From positions 5,544-69,543 of the forward strand of contig CAWIJF010000012.1 of NCBI GenBank assembly GCA_963836395.1: a DNA stretch of 64,000 nucleotides. Reading direction: 5' to 3'. The DNA comes from an uncultured Ignavibacteria bacterium. Its GTDB lineage: Bacteria; Bacteroidota; Ignavibacteria; Tepidaquicellales; Tepidaquicellaceae. The position numbers and the translations under genes were made by a program. The notes beneath the pieces were generated by a model. It saw nothing but the letters and a program-made list of their open reading frames with translations. It searched no databases and was not told where the DNA came from. Below are positions 49,349 to 59,145 of this stretch, one piece after another (the stretch's first letter is position 1; each line of letters begins with the position of its first letter).

Positions 49349-49902
49349 ATGGAGATCTTCAAAAAATCTTCAGATCTGAAACCTACAGTAAAAAACCAGG
49401 ATATTAACTCAGGAGGATTTGGGAAGGATCTTGAGCTGTACGGTGAGAACTATTCAGCGGGATATATCGGAAATAAAATCAAAAGGAATAGCAGTAATAA
49501 CCCGCGGAGTAGTTGCAAAATATAGGTCGAGGTCAGACTCATAAAGTAAAGATAATAGGATTATATTTAGAAGGAAAAACCTTTAGCGAAATAAGATTAA
49601 AGACCCATCACAGTACCGGCGCAATAAAAAGATATTTACAGGATTTTCAGAAGGTATTGATGAGTATTCACCATGGGATAAGGGAATCGAGCTATATAAG
49701 TTCAGTATCGGGATTAAGTCCTGCATTAGTAAATCAGTATATAGAATTGATAGGTCAATGCAGCAATGACAGTCAGAAGAAAGCAATGATGGAAGATATG
49801 GTAAGACAATGGAAGCGAGCCGGGACAAGAATAAAAAAAAAGGAAGATACTTCAGAAGGTTACATGAGGCATCTGGTTCCTATGATAGGAGGAGTGAGAT
49901 GA
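49349..49902 (+). pseudogene. DUF1670-like HTH protein, 5'-truncated and frameshifted copy
   Basis: Three frames join into ...KNQ/ILTQEDLGRILSCTVRTIQRDISEIKSKGIAVITRGVVA/NIGRGQTHKVKIIGLYLEGKTFSEIRLKTHHSTGAIKRYLQDFQKV... (ORF 49513..49902). The N-terminal domain is absent. The family assignment is from memory of the consensus, so confidence is moderate. Confidence 0.5.
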
Positions 49903-50510
49903 GTCTTAATCCGATACGCGATAGATTTGAGAGTTTAAAGAAAAGGGATTTTAAGAGTTCACTAATAAATTTGCTTGAGAATGATTACAAGCTCTTAGGA
50001 TCAAGGAAGATAATAGAATTATTATCAGAGGATATAGAAGATTTACACAATGAATATTATCCACACAGGAACAGGGTTGGTTATGGGGAAATCGTATTTA
50101 GGACGACAAAAGATGACGGTCAACGGCAGAGCTACGGTAAGAGGACAGAAGATTACGCGAGTATAACAGTAATATTACCTTTAGTGACGAATGAAGATAT
50201 CTAGAGAAGAATATATTACAAGAAAGGAGATAAGAACAGCAACTATAAGCACCAATACTCACGGGGCATAGAGACGATGGTAAGATTGAAAAGTGCAAAG
50301 CAACAGGGAGGATTATTGAGCGGAGCTGAGTTGAGTATGCTGATGATGCAGTTGACAGATATATAAAGCATTACGAACAAGTAAAGAAGCTTCTTAAAAA
50401 GGGATTAAACGAAAAAGCAATAGAATCAATCACAGGAAGAAGTTTGGATGTTATCAAACAATATATTAAGTTATATAAGAATTTTAATCCACAAAAATCA
50501 AAAAAATGAG
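49899..50510 (+). pseudogene. DUF1670-like HTH protein, second copy with frameshifts and an internal deletion
   Basis: ATG 49899 gives MSLNPIRDRFESLKKRDF...TVILPLVTNEDI (part of ORF 49809..50204). Shifted frames then give ...QQGGLLSGAELSMLM and DAVDRYIKHYEQVKKLLKKGLNEKAIESITGRSLDVIKQYIKLYKNF-stop at 50510. The middle HTH segment retained in copy 1 is missing. Confidence 0.5.
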
Positions 50511-50663
50511 ACACGACAATGTCGTAATAGTAAATAGTCAAACACACTCTCCAGTGGTGTATATTTTTATAAACTCAAAAGCGCGGGTTCTCTATCATTA
50601 AGTGAATGATATTGTTGAAATAAATATTTGATGAATTTGATGAGTAGCATTGCACATTGACAC

Positions 50664-52315
50664 TTACATCCTCTCCGGAGCGCTAATCCCGATTATATCA
50701 AAGCCGTTTTTGAATACTTGTTTTGTTGCTATACAAATCATCAATCTTATTGTTGACAATTCTTTATTGTCTAGATCAACGACTCTGTTGTTATGATAAA
50801 ACCTGTGATAGTTCTCGGCTACTTCATTGAGATAGGTAATTATTTTATGCGGCTCGAAACTCAAAGCAGAGCTCAATACTTCTTCCGGAAACCTGGACAG
50901 GGCTTTTAAAAGTTTGATCTCATCTTCAGTTTTTATCAGATCGAAATTAATTTTGTTAAGTTCAGTATTTTTATATTCCGGTAAATTATCATCAGCATTT
51001 CTTAAAATACCGCATATACGCGCATGGGCATATTGCAAATAATACATGGGATTTTTTTCAGACTGATCCTTAGCAAGCTCGATATCAAAATCAAGATGAG
51101 TATTAACTCCGCGCATTACAAAAAAGAACTGTGTTGCATCAGCTCCGATATCATTGATCAGATCATCAAGTGAATACGATTCCCCACTTCTTTTGCTCAT
51201 CTTCACAGACTCATTGCCTTTTTTGAAAGTAACCATCTGATGAATAATGACTTTAATTTTGTCGGAATCATAGCCGAGAGACTTCACTCCGTGAAGAACT
51301 TCTTTATAAGTATCTCCGTGATCGGATCCGAAAATATCAACTATTAAATCATAGCCTCTTTTTATTTTGTCAATATGATATGCAATATCAGGAAGCCTGT
51401 AAGTTGGCTCTCCGGTTGACTTTACTATTACTTTATCCTTTTGAAAATCCTCCTTCAGGATCCATCTTCAGCCAGATCGCCCCGTCCTTTTCATAAGATA
51501 AAGATTTATTCTTGAACTCATTTATAATTTTCTCTATATCTTTATTTTCATATAAGAGATGTTTCATTAAAAAAAATGTCATGATGAATTCCAAGTGTGT
51601 CTAATGTGTTACGGATCAGTTTGAAATTGTAATTCTCTCCGGCAGCTTTGAAAAAGTTCATGTCACCGGAATCTTTCAGCGAGTCATTTCTCTCATCATA
51701 AATTAATTTTGCAATATCTTTTACATATTCACCCGCATAACCATCTTCAGGAAATGGAAAGTCAGGCCGGAAGATCTGCATATACCTTGCGTAAACAGAC
51801 TTTGCAAGATTTTCCATTTGATTACCTGCGTCATTGTAATAATATTCACATGTAACTTTGTATCCTGTCCATTCGAGCAGATTCGCGACAGCCTTTCCAA
51901 GACTTAATCCTCTTCCGTGACCGAGGTGCAGGGGACCTGTTGGATTTGCGCTTACCCATTCGAGATTTGCAGTCTTTCCTTTATTAAGATCAGATCTCCC
52001 ATAATCAGCTTTTCCTTTTAAAATGAGTGTAAGATTCTTTTTATAATAATTATCCGAAATAAAAAAATTAATGAACCCCGCGCCGGCAATGTCAACTTTT
52101 GAGATCAGATGTTTATCATAATCTAAATTGTTTACAATTTCTTCTGCAATTTTACGGGGCGGCGATTTCAAATCTTCGGCAATGAGCATCGCAACATTTG
52201 TTGATAGATCACCGAACTTCTCTTCTTTCGGTTTGTCAAACTGAATATCCTTTTCAGGATAATCGAGTTTTTTAAGTGTCCCGGTTAATATTAATTTTCT
52301 TAAATATTCTTTCAA
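50664..52315 (-). CDS. argS: arginine--tRNA ligase (frameshifted between 51288 and 51547)
   Basis: N-terminal fragment 51548..52315 (SANPTGPLHLGHGRG, the HIGH motif). C-terminal fragment 50664..51287 (MSKRSGES, YAHARI, terminal ...SAPERM). The middle part continues in other frames. Confidence 0.9.
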
Positions 52316-52371
52316 TTATAAGAATAAATTATTAGATTTTTTATGAAATAAATCCAAAAATCCCAAATCTG

Positions 52372-53353
52372 TCAGATCCATTTCATTTCTTTATACCAGT
52401 CAATAGTTTTCTTAAAGCTTTCTTCAATAGTATATTTTGCTTCAAAGCCGAGTTCTCTTTTTGCTTTTTCATTTGAGCAAACCCATCGAAGCTGCGTTAT
52501 GTCTTTGCATTTTTCAATATTAAGAGTTGCTGGTTTCTTGGAAAATGTTGAAAACAATTCCGCAAGATAACCAACCGAATAAACTATTGAGTGCGGCAGA
52601 CGAATTTTAAAAGCTTTCTTTCCGAGCAGACTTGAAGTGATCGAACCTATTTCATCCCAGTTGTACGCTTTGTCCATGCAGATAAAATATTTATGACCAT
52701 TGGCAATTTCTTTTTCAGCTGCCAGTATTATCCCGTCGGCGAGATCCTCGACATAAACGAGACTAAGATATTTAGCATCAAATCCTATTACACTGTTAAG
52801 TCCTCTCGAGAATGTCTTGAAGTAAATCAGTATTTCCGTATCACGCGGACCGTAAACCGCAGGCGGTCTGATGATGGTTACAGGAAATTTATCCTTATAT
52901 TTTTCGACCTCTTCTTCGGCTTTCAGTTTTGTCATTCCGTAAGTGGTGATTGGATCAGGTTTTGTATTTTCATCAACAGATTCAGAGTTTCTCGCCGGAC
53001 CGCAGGCAGCAAGCGATGAAACATATATAAACTTCTTTAGATCCGGGATTAACTTTATAAGTAATCTCAAGAAGATTTTTTGTCGATTCATAATTACCGT
53101 GATAAAACCCCGCCTTGGTTTTTGCTTTTACCAGACCGGCAACATGAAAGACATAATCCATTTCCTTAATACAGTTTTCAAGAGCATCATTTGAAAACAG
53201 ATCTCCATCAACATATTTTATGTTCTTTCCGTCAAGCCATTTTGTGGATGAAGTTTTTCTTTTAAGACAATAAACCTCGTAATTACTGTCTAAAAGTTTG
53301 TCAACCAGATGACTTCCAACGAAGCCGGTTGCTCCCGTAACCAATGCTTTCAA
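52372..53353 (-). CDS. NAD-dependent epimerase/dehydratase family (extended SDR) protein (one frameshift)
   Basis: Fragments 52982..53353 (MKALVTGATGFVGSHLVDKLL) and 52372..53091 (YGMTKLKAE, the YxxxK motif). Confidence 0.8.
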
Positions 53354-53491
53354 TCTGTTTTTATTTAGAGGCAGAGATACTGAATGTTAGTGCATATCAG
53401 CAGCTAAATGCAATAGAAGTTAAAAATTATAATTCGTATTTTATATGTTAAAAACATTAACTTTATTAATTCATAATTTATTCAGCATTAA

Positions 53492-54685
53492 ATGGATCTA
53501 TTCGAGAAATGTTATAACTTTACAAGGGCAGACAAAGTAAAGGCGGCAGGTGTATATCCTTATTTCAGAGCTATTGAAGCAAATGAAGGGCCGGTTGTTA
53601 AGATTGAAGGGCGTAATATTATTATGGCAGGTTCGAATAATTATTTAGGTCTTACGGCGCATCCCAAAATACGGGAAGCTGCGATAAATGCAATAAAGGA
53701 ATACGGAACAGGCTGTTCGGGTTCAAGATATCTTACAGGAACTCTGGACTTACACATAAAGCTTGAAGAAAAGCTTGCAGACTTTCTTGGTAAAGAATCC
53801 GTTTTGCTTTTTTCCACGGGTTATCAGACCGCGCAGGGAATCATTCCTACACTCGTATCTAAAGGCGATTACATAATTTCGGACAAGGATAATCATGCCT
53901 GTATTGTTGCGGCAAATATGATGGCAAAAGGAGGGTTTGCAGAATTCAAAAGATACAAGCATAATGACATGAATGACCTCGAAAATGTTTTCCAGAAAAT
54001 CCCTCCGGATGCAGCCAAGCTTGTTGCTTCTGACGGAGTATTTTCAACAACAGGTGAAATTGTTGAGCTTCCCAAGCTTGTTGAACTTTGTAAAAAATAT
54101 AATGCCCGGATTCTAATTGATGATGCGCACGCTACCGGGGTAATTGGAAAAGGAGGCAGAGGAACTTCTTCTGAATTCGGTTTGACAGATGAAGTTGATA
54201 TGGTGATGGGTACATTTTCTAAAACCTTTGCTTCGCTCGGCGGATTTGTCGGAGGAGAAGAAAGAGTTATTAATTATCTTAAACATCATTCGCCTGCATT
54301 GATTTTTTCCGCATCACCGACACCGGCTTCTGTGGCAGCGGCAGATGCCGCTCTTGAAATTTTAAAAGCCGAGCCGGAAAGAATTACAAGACTTATTGCA
54401 AATGCAGAAAAGATGAGAAAGGGATTTAAGGAAATGGGTTATAATGTCATCGAAAGCAGGACAGCGATAGTTCCTGTAGTGCTTGGCGAAGATGATATTG
54501 TGTTTATGTTCTGGAGAAAATTATTCGATGCCGGAGTTTTTGTAAATGCATTCATTTCACCCGGCGTGCCACCCGGAATGGCAATGCTGAGAACTTCATA
54601 CATGGCTACACACGAAGACAAACATCTTGATAGGATTCTTGAGCTGTTTGGTGATATTGGAAAAGAGATGGGGCTGATCAGCTAG
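53492..54685 (+). CDS. PLP-dependent alpha-oxoamine synthase, serine palmitoyltransferase-like (KBL/BioF/SPT family)
   Basis: 397-aa intact ORF (YPYFRAIE...[21 protein letters not shown]-lysine motif [13 protein letters not shown]). Confidence 0.85.
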   Translation: MDLFEKCYNFTRADKVKAAGVYPYFRAIEANEGPVVKIEGRNIIMAGSNNYLGLTAHPKIREAAINAIKEYGTGCSGSRYLTGTLDLHIKLEEKLADFLGKESVLLFSTGYQTAQGIIPTLVSKGDYIISDKDNHACIVAANMMAKGGFAEFKRYKHNDMNDLENVFQKIPPDAAKLVASDGVFSTTGEIVELPKLVELCKKYNARILIDDAHATGVIGKGGRGTSSEFGLTDEVDMVMGTFSKTFASLGGFVGGEERVINYLKHHSPALIFSASPTPASVAAADAALEILKAEPERITRLIANAEKMRKGFKEMGYNVIESRTAIVPVVLGEDDIVFMFWRKLFDAGVFVNAFISPGVPPGMAMLRTSYMATHEDKHLDRILELFGDIGKEMGLIS

Positions 54686-54690
54686 AGAGT

Positions 54691-54720
54691 ATTAGGTAAT
54701 AGGTATTATGTATTAGGTAC
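54691..54720. repeat. stutter repeat ATTAGGTA/ATAGGT/ATTATGT/ATTAGGTA just after the stop codon
   Basis: attaggtaat aggtattatg tattaggtac, read directly, 6 nt after TAG 54683-54685. Confidence 0.8.
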
Positions 54721-54756
54721 TGTTCGCTGGAAAAATCTTAAATCAGCAATACAAAT

Positions 54757-55206
54757 ATGAAAGATATATTTATGCAAAATGAATATTTTTATAAGACAAT
54801 TTTAACAATTATAATTTCACTGTTCTTACTTTCCTGCAATAAAGAAAATCCTTCAGATCACAAAACGGAGAATTCGAGAACCGAAACTGAGTCGGATGAT
54901 AATGATTCTGATGCTACGTTGAGTGATGAAGAGGCATTCAGCAGTGCATTGGTGCTTGGAATAATGAGTGAAGACGAAGATCCGGAGCTGCAGGATTATC
55001 TTGAAGAACAAATCTATCCCATAGTATCAAAGTCAAATAAAGTTACACTCGACAGAATTTCATCTTCCGTTTATTTATTAAGTTATGAAGAGAATGGCGT
55101 GATGAAAAATTACATCATTCAGAAATTTTATGATCCGGCTGCCGATGAGATGGTATTTGAGAAGAGAGAGACGGAGACTAATGCGGTGAAGCAGTTTGTT
55201 AAATAG
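54757..55206 (+). CDS. hypothetical lipoprotein
   Basis: 149-aa intact ORF with signal peptide and lipobox (IIISLFLLSC). An acidic low-complexity linker follows. Confidence 0.6.
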   Translation: MKDIFMQNEYFYKTILTIIISLFLLSCNKENPSDHKTENSRTETESDDNDSDATLSDEEAFSSALVLGIMSEDEDPELQDYLEEQIYPIVSKSNKVTLDRISSSVYLLSYEENGVMKNYIIQKFYDPAADEMVFEKRETETNAVKQFVK

Positions 55207-55210
55207 TTGA

Positions 55211-55240
55211 GTAGGTTAAGTGAGGTAAGTAAGGTGAGTA
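55211..55240. repeat. stutter repeat (GTAGGTTAA GTGAGGTAA GTAAGGTGA GTA) just after the stop codon
   Basis: gtaggttaag tgaggtaagt aaggtgagta, read directly, 5 nt after TAG 55204-55206. Confidence 0.8.
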
Positions 55241-55257
55241 TTTGTGCAACAAACACT

Positions 55258-55294
55258 AAAAAACCCTCAAGCATATTTCTACGGTTGAGGGTTT
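55258..55294. terminator. bidirectional hairpin terminator
   Basis: aaaaaaccctcaa-(14 nt)-ttgagggtttt. It serves the + strand lipoprotein gene and, on the minus strand, directly follows the CCA of the tRNA-Thr fragment. Confidence 0.7.
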
Positions 55295-55345
55295 TGGAGC
55301 TGGCAGAGGGATTTGAACCCCCGACCTGCTGATTACAAATCAGCA
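55295..55345 (-). pseudogene. 3' half of tRNA-Thr (anticodon TGT) lacking D arm and 5' acceptor strand; putative att site
   Basis: The minus strand reads GCTGA-TTTGTAA-TCAGC AGGTC GGGGG-TTCAAAT-CCCTC TGCCAGC T CCA. The next 30 nt upstream (55346-55375) contain neither GCTGGCA nor a D arm. Confidence 0.75.
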
Positions 55346-55379
55346 GGAAAAGTTGAGAAACAGAATGAATTAGCATTTT

Positions 55380-55410
55380 TCAAGGGTTTTCATTAGTGTG
55401 TTCATTAGCT
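55380..55410 (+). repeat. copy A of a conserved approx. 30-bp element containing TCATTAG-N5-TCATTAG
   Basis: tcaagggttTTCATTAGtgtgtTCATTAGct. TCATTAG is at 55390 and 55402 (period 12). It lies between the tRNA fragment and the integrase start. Confidence 0.8.
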
Positions 55411-55458
55411 GCTTTTAAGATTTTACAAGAGATTTGAGGATACGGGAAGGAATTTAAA

Positions 55459-56510
55459 ATGTATCTGTCAAATGCGAACAAATCCAAGACGTACTATCTT
55501 TACTTTGTAAATCCAATCACAAACAACCTCACCTCAAGAAGCTGCAAGACCAAAATCAAACGAGAGGCAAAAGAGTTTTTAAAAAACTTCAGGATTGAAA
55601 ATATCGATTGTCCAAAAGAAATTCCTACCAACTTAAAACTATCAGACATCAAAGAGAGAATCCTGTCTCATTATAAAATGAACAATGCTCTCCAAACTTA
55701 CAGGAGTGTTAAAAGCACTCTTGAAAATCTTATTCGACATATCGGGAATAAACCTATCTCAAGCGTGAATAAATCAGATATAGAGGACTTCAAAATCAAA
55801 GAGGAGTAAAGAAGTAAGCCTAATCTCTACAAACATCGACATTCGTAATATTAAAGCCATGTTCAACAAATTGGTTGAATTTGAATTATTGGAATATTCT
55901 AAGATCACTTATGTAAAACAATTCAAGATAGAAAAGAAAAAAATACTTGCAATAGATTCAGCCGATATAAGCAGAATACTAAAATCTGATATTGATATGC
56001 AGCTGAAACAGATAATCCGGTTTACACTGCTGACTGCAAGCAGGATCTCCGAAGTTTTAAGTGTAAGAATCAAAGATATTGATTTTGAGAATGGCAGTAT
56101 TAAATATTTATCAGAAAAAAACTAATTGCTTTAAGACCATTCCTTTGACATCCGGATTAATAGAATTAATAAATGAAATTCTGAATCATGGAGAGGAAAA
56201 TAATATTTACACTCTTCAGGATAAGGAAAGTTATTTGTTTCCGAATCCGGTCCGGAATAATCCTTATTTGAAATTGAGGGAGGATACTGTCAGTAAGCAG
56301 TTCAAAAAAATTCTAAGAAAGTTAAATCTGAGTGAAGACTTTAAATACCACAGTCTGCGCCATTCTGCAATTACCGAATTGATAAAGAATAATGTTCCTT
56401 TGAATATAGTGAAAGAGATTGCCGGACACCAATCCGTCACGACAACGATGATCTATTCGCATGTTAAGAGCAATGATTTGAGAGAAGCGGTCAACTCTTT
56501 AAGGTACTGA
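55459..56510 (+). pseudogene. tyrosine recombinase / phage-type integrase (two frameshifts in this sequence)
   Basis: ORFs 55459..55809, 55859..56125 and 56079..56510 are colinear. Catalytic elements: TASRISEVL (Arg), HSLRHSAIT (HxxR), GHQSVTTTMIYSHV (His...Tyr). Confidence 0.85.
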
Positions 56511-56584
56511 GAAAAGATAGTGCCTTAGAATTTATCTATATGCAAAACTGATTAGCTTAAAGAGACATTTAGGAAAAAACAATT

Positions 56585-56624
56585 AGAGCGAATCATAGAA
56601 ATATGATTCGCTCTTTTTGTTTTT
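56585..56624 (+). terminator. rho-independent terminator after the integrase
   Basis: agagcgaatcat-agaaat-atgattcgctct followed by TTTTGTTTTT. Confidence 0.8.
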
Positions 56625-56742
56625 ATAAATCTAAATTGAGAAGTTTGAAAAGCATTATTTCAGGGAGAAAGTAGTGTGCAAAATAAATTTGACCTTAAAT
56701 TGAATCTATAAATACTTACTATTGATAAAAATGGAAGATAAA

Positions 56743-58668
56743 ATGAAAACTTATTTATTATTAATTCTGCTAATTTGCACTACACTTCAATCTCAAACTA
56801 CTTTTAGTCAAACCTCGGGAAAACAATTAGATTACTTTAAGACAAATCCTAAAGAATTATTGGATAAAAATGGAAACAATTTATTTAATTCCAATGACTT
56901 TGATACTCTTATTTTGAATGGAGATTCAATTTCAAATAATTTTGGTTACTCAGTATCATCTGCAGGAGATGTAAATGGTGATGGATTTTCTGATGTTATT
57001 GTTGGATTAAATATTAATTCTTTCCCTAATGAAAGATGGCGTGCCTTCATATATTTTGGGGGTTTAAAAATGGACACTATTGCTGATGTAATATTAACAG
57101 GAGAATTGCATTCCTATATTATGTCTGTGACAACTGCTGGAGATGTAAATGGTGATGGATTTTCAGATATTTTGTTAGGTGTCGAAGGAAATGGATTGTT
57201 TTTTGCTTATATTTATTTGGGTGGTGAATCAATGGACACCACAGCAGATTTTTCATATATTGCATCACATTGTAAAGCTGGAGATTGTCCAAGTTTTTCA
57301 GTTTCCACAGCCGGAGATGTAAATGGTGACGGATATTCTGATGTAATTATAGGTTACAGTGGCTATCTCCATGAATTTTGGCCGGTTTATGGTAGTACAG
57401 TTATATTTTATGGAGGATCAATTCTGGATAATCAAGTCGATGTTTTAATTGAAGGATTAAGAAATTGTTTTGATGATTGTTACTATCAAATATCTGTCTC
57501 TACTGCAGGAGATGTTAATGGAGATGGATTTTCCGATGTAATTGTTGGTACTTCGAATTTCGACGGTTACAATGGCATAACTAATATATATTATGGTGGA
57601 ATAAACATGAATAATACCGCAGATGTTACGATGACATCAAATAATTATTTTGGAAATTCAGTTTCCACAGCCGGAGATGTAAACGGAGATGGATTCTCAG
57701 ATATTATTGTTGGTGAACACGGCAATAACTCATCAACAGGTAGTGCTTATATTTATTACGGGAGTTCAATAATGAATAATATAGTGGATGTGACGATGAC
57801 AGGAGAAGCAATTAATAATAAATTTGGAATATCGGTATCAAATGCTGGCGATGTAAACGGTGACGGATATTCAGATGTGATTGTTGGAGCAAGTCAATAT
57901 TCTTCATTTACAGGAAGAGTATATATATTTTACGGTGGTGTAAGTATGAATAATACAGCGGATGTTATAATGACAGGTGAATCACAAAACAATGCATTTG
58001 GAATTTCTGTTTCTTCTGCGGGCGATGTAAATGGAGATGGATATTCAGATGTAATTGTTGGTGCTAATGAATACAGTAATTCCATTGGTCGAGCTTATAT
58101 TTATATAACAAATCCAGCTATTATTAAGATAAATGTAAAAGTTCTTATGGAAGGAATGTATATTCCAATTTTCAATAAGATGACAAGAAGGGATACTGTT
58201 ACAGCTTATCTGCATCAATCAACTCCACCTTATAATAAAATAGATTCTGCAAAATCAGTAATAGATTCAAATACATTCTTAGGGCTACTTAATTTTATTA
58301 ATGCATCAGCCGGAACATATTACATAGCTATAAAACATTTTAATTGTATTGAGACTTGGAGTAAAATCGAAGGAGATACATTAATTAATAATGGTTCAAT
58401 TTATAATTACGATTTTACTGCATCAGAATCTCAGGCATACGGAAGTAACTTAAAATTAAGAGGCGGGAAGTATTGTATTTATAGCGGAGATGTGAATCAG
58501 GATGGCGTAATTGACGCATTGGATTTTGGAGCAATTGATAATGATTTATATAATTTTAGAACAGGCAGATTTTTACCGGCTGATTTGAATGGTGACAATT
58601 TTGTAGATGCTTTGGATATTACTATAGGTGATAATAACCACCTTTTTATAGGGGTGATAAGACCTTAA
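56743..58668 (+). CDS. FG-GAP (integrin-alpha-like) repeat protein with C-terminal dockerin-like Ca-binding repeats
   Basis: The ORF is 56722..58668. ATG 56743 gives the signal peptide MKTYLLLILLICTTLQSQ. There are about 9 units of (S/T)AGDVNGDG(F/Y)SD(V/I)I(V/L)G. The C-terminus has GDVNQDGVIDALD and ADLNGDNFVDALD. There is no T9SS CTD. Confidence 0.8.
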   Translation: MKTYLLLILLICTTLQSQTTFSQTSGKQLDYFKTNPKELLDKNGNNLFNSNDFDTLILNGDSISNNFGYSVSSAGDVNGDGFSDVIVGLNINSFPNERWRAFIYFGGLKMDTIADVILTGELHSYIMSVTTAGDVNGDGFSDILLGVEGNGLFFAYIYLGGESMDTTADFSYIASHCKAGDCPSFSVSTAGDVNGDGYSDVIIGYSGYLHEFWPVYGSTVIFYGGSILDNQVDVLIEGLRNCFDDCYYQISVSTAGDVNGDGFSDVIVGTSNFDGYNGITNIYYGGINMNNTADVTMTSNNYFGNSVSTAGDVNGDGFSDIIVGEHGNNSSTGSAYIYYGSSIMNNIVDVTMTGEAINNKFGISVSNAGDVNGDGYSDVIVGASQYSSFTGRVYIFYGGVSMNNTADVIMTGESQNNAFGISVSSAGDVNGDGYSDVIVGANEYSNSIGRAYIYITNPAIIKINVKVLMEGMYIPIFNKMTRRDTVTAYLHQSTPPYNKIDSAKSVIDSNTFLGLLNFINASAGTYYIAIKHFNCIETWSKIEGDTLINNGSIYNYDFTASESQAYGSNLKLRGGKYCIYSGDVNQDGVIDALDFGAIDNDLYNFRTGRFLPADLNGDNFVDALDITIGDNNHLFIGVIRP

Positions 58669-59011
58669 TGAGATTTGTACATTTAACCTTTCATAAGGAT
58701 TTCATATAAATAATACATTTTAATTTTATGCAAACACAATTTCAATACATTATTGATTTAGCTAAGCTCTATAAATCCTATAGTGACCATCCAGATATTC
58801 TTTATAAAACGGTTTGCTTTGAGAAGAAGATTTGCATTCGTTAATTACCTTAATATGTTATGGGTGTTATAAAATTCCTTGTTACAAGTCATTTATACGT
58901 GAAATCGGACTATCTAAAGTTGGATTCGAAACAAGAATTTTGGAAGTTTTTTACTTAAATTCACTATCAACTGATAACCTGTCAGTTGGTATTATGCTGA
59001 ATTTGAAAAAA

Positions 59012-59042
59012 TCTTAATCTATTCAGGATTCTCATTAGTAAT
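59012..59042 (+). repeat. copy B of the TCATTAG-N5-TCATTAG element
   Basis: ttcaggattcTCATTAGtaattTCATTAGtt. TCATTAG is at 59022 and 59034 (period 12). It lies in the convergent intergenic region. Confidence 0.8.
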
Positions 59043-59145
59043 TTCATTAGTTCACTTTGAAGTCATTAACGCTGTCTGGTTGTGCTGAGGGATTTTTAAA
59101 GTAAGTTTGTAGATTAAAGATTAATTCTTTTTTGCATTTCAATTT

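Noticed and set aside
55295-55375. A complete minus-strand tRNA-Thr gene.
   Set aside because: Only the anticodon arm to the CCA folds. The upstream 30 nt (minus-strand 5'-tgctaattcattctgtttctcaacttttcc) contain no complement to the 3' acceptor strand and no D arm.
58728-59017. A possible gene in the 477-bp convergent spacer: a 38-codon ORF MQTQFQYIIDLAKLYKSYSDHPDILYKTVCFEKKICIR plus ORF 58832..59017.
   Set aside because: There are no recognisable motifs, joining them requires a frameshift, and the composition is typical of AT-rich non-coding DNA. It may be a decayed remnant but cannot be supported.
59087-59095. GAGGGATTT near TCATTAG copy B resembles the T-arm part of the tRNA fragment (gcaGAGGGATTTgaac). 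It could have been a second att core.
   Set aside because: Only 9 nt match and there is no flanking identity. That is not distinguishable from chance.
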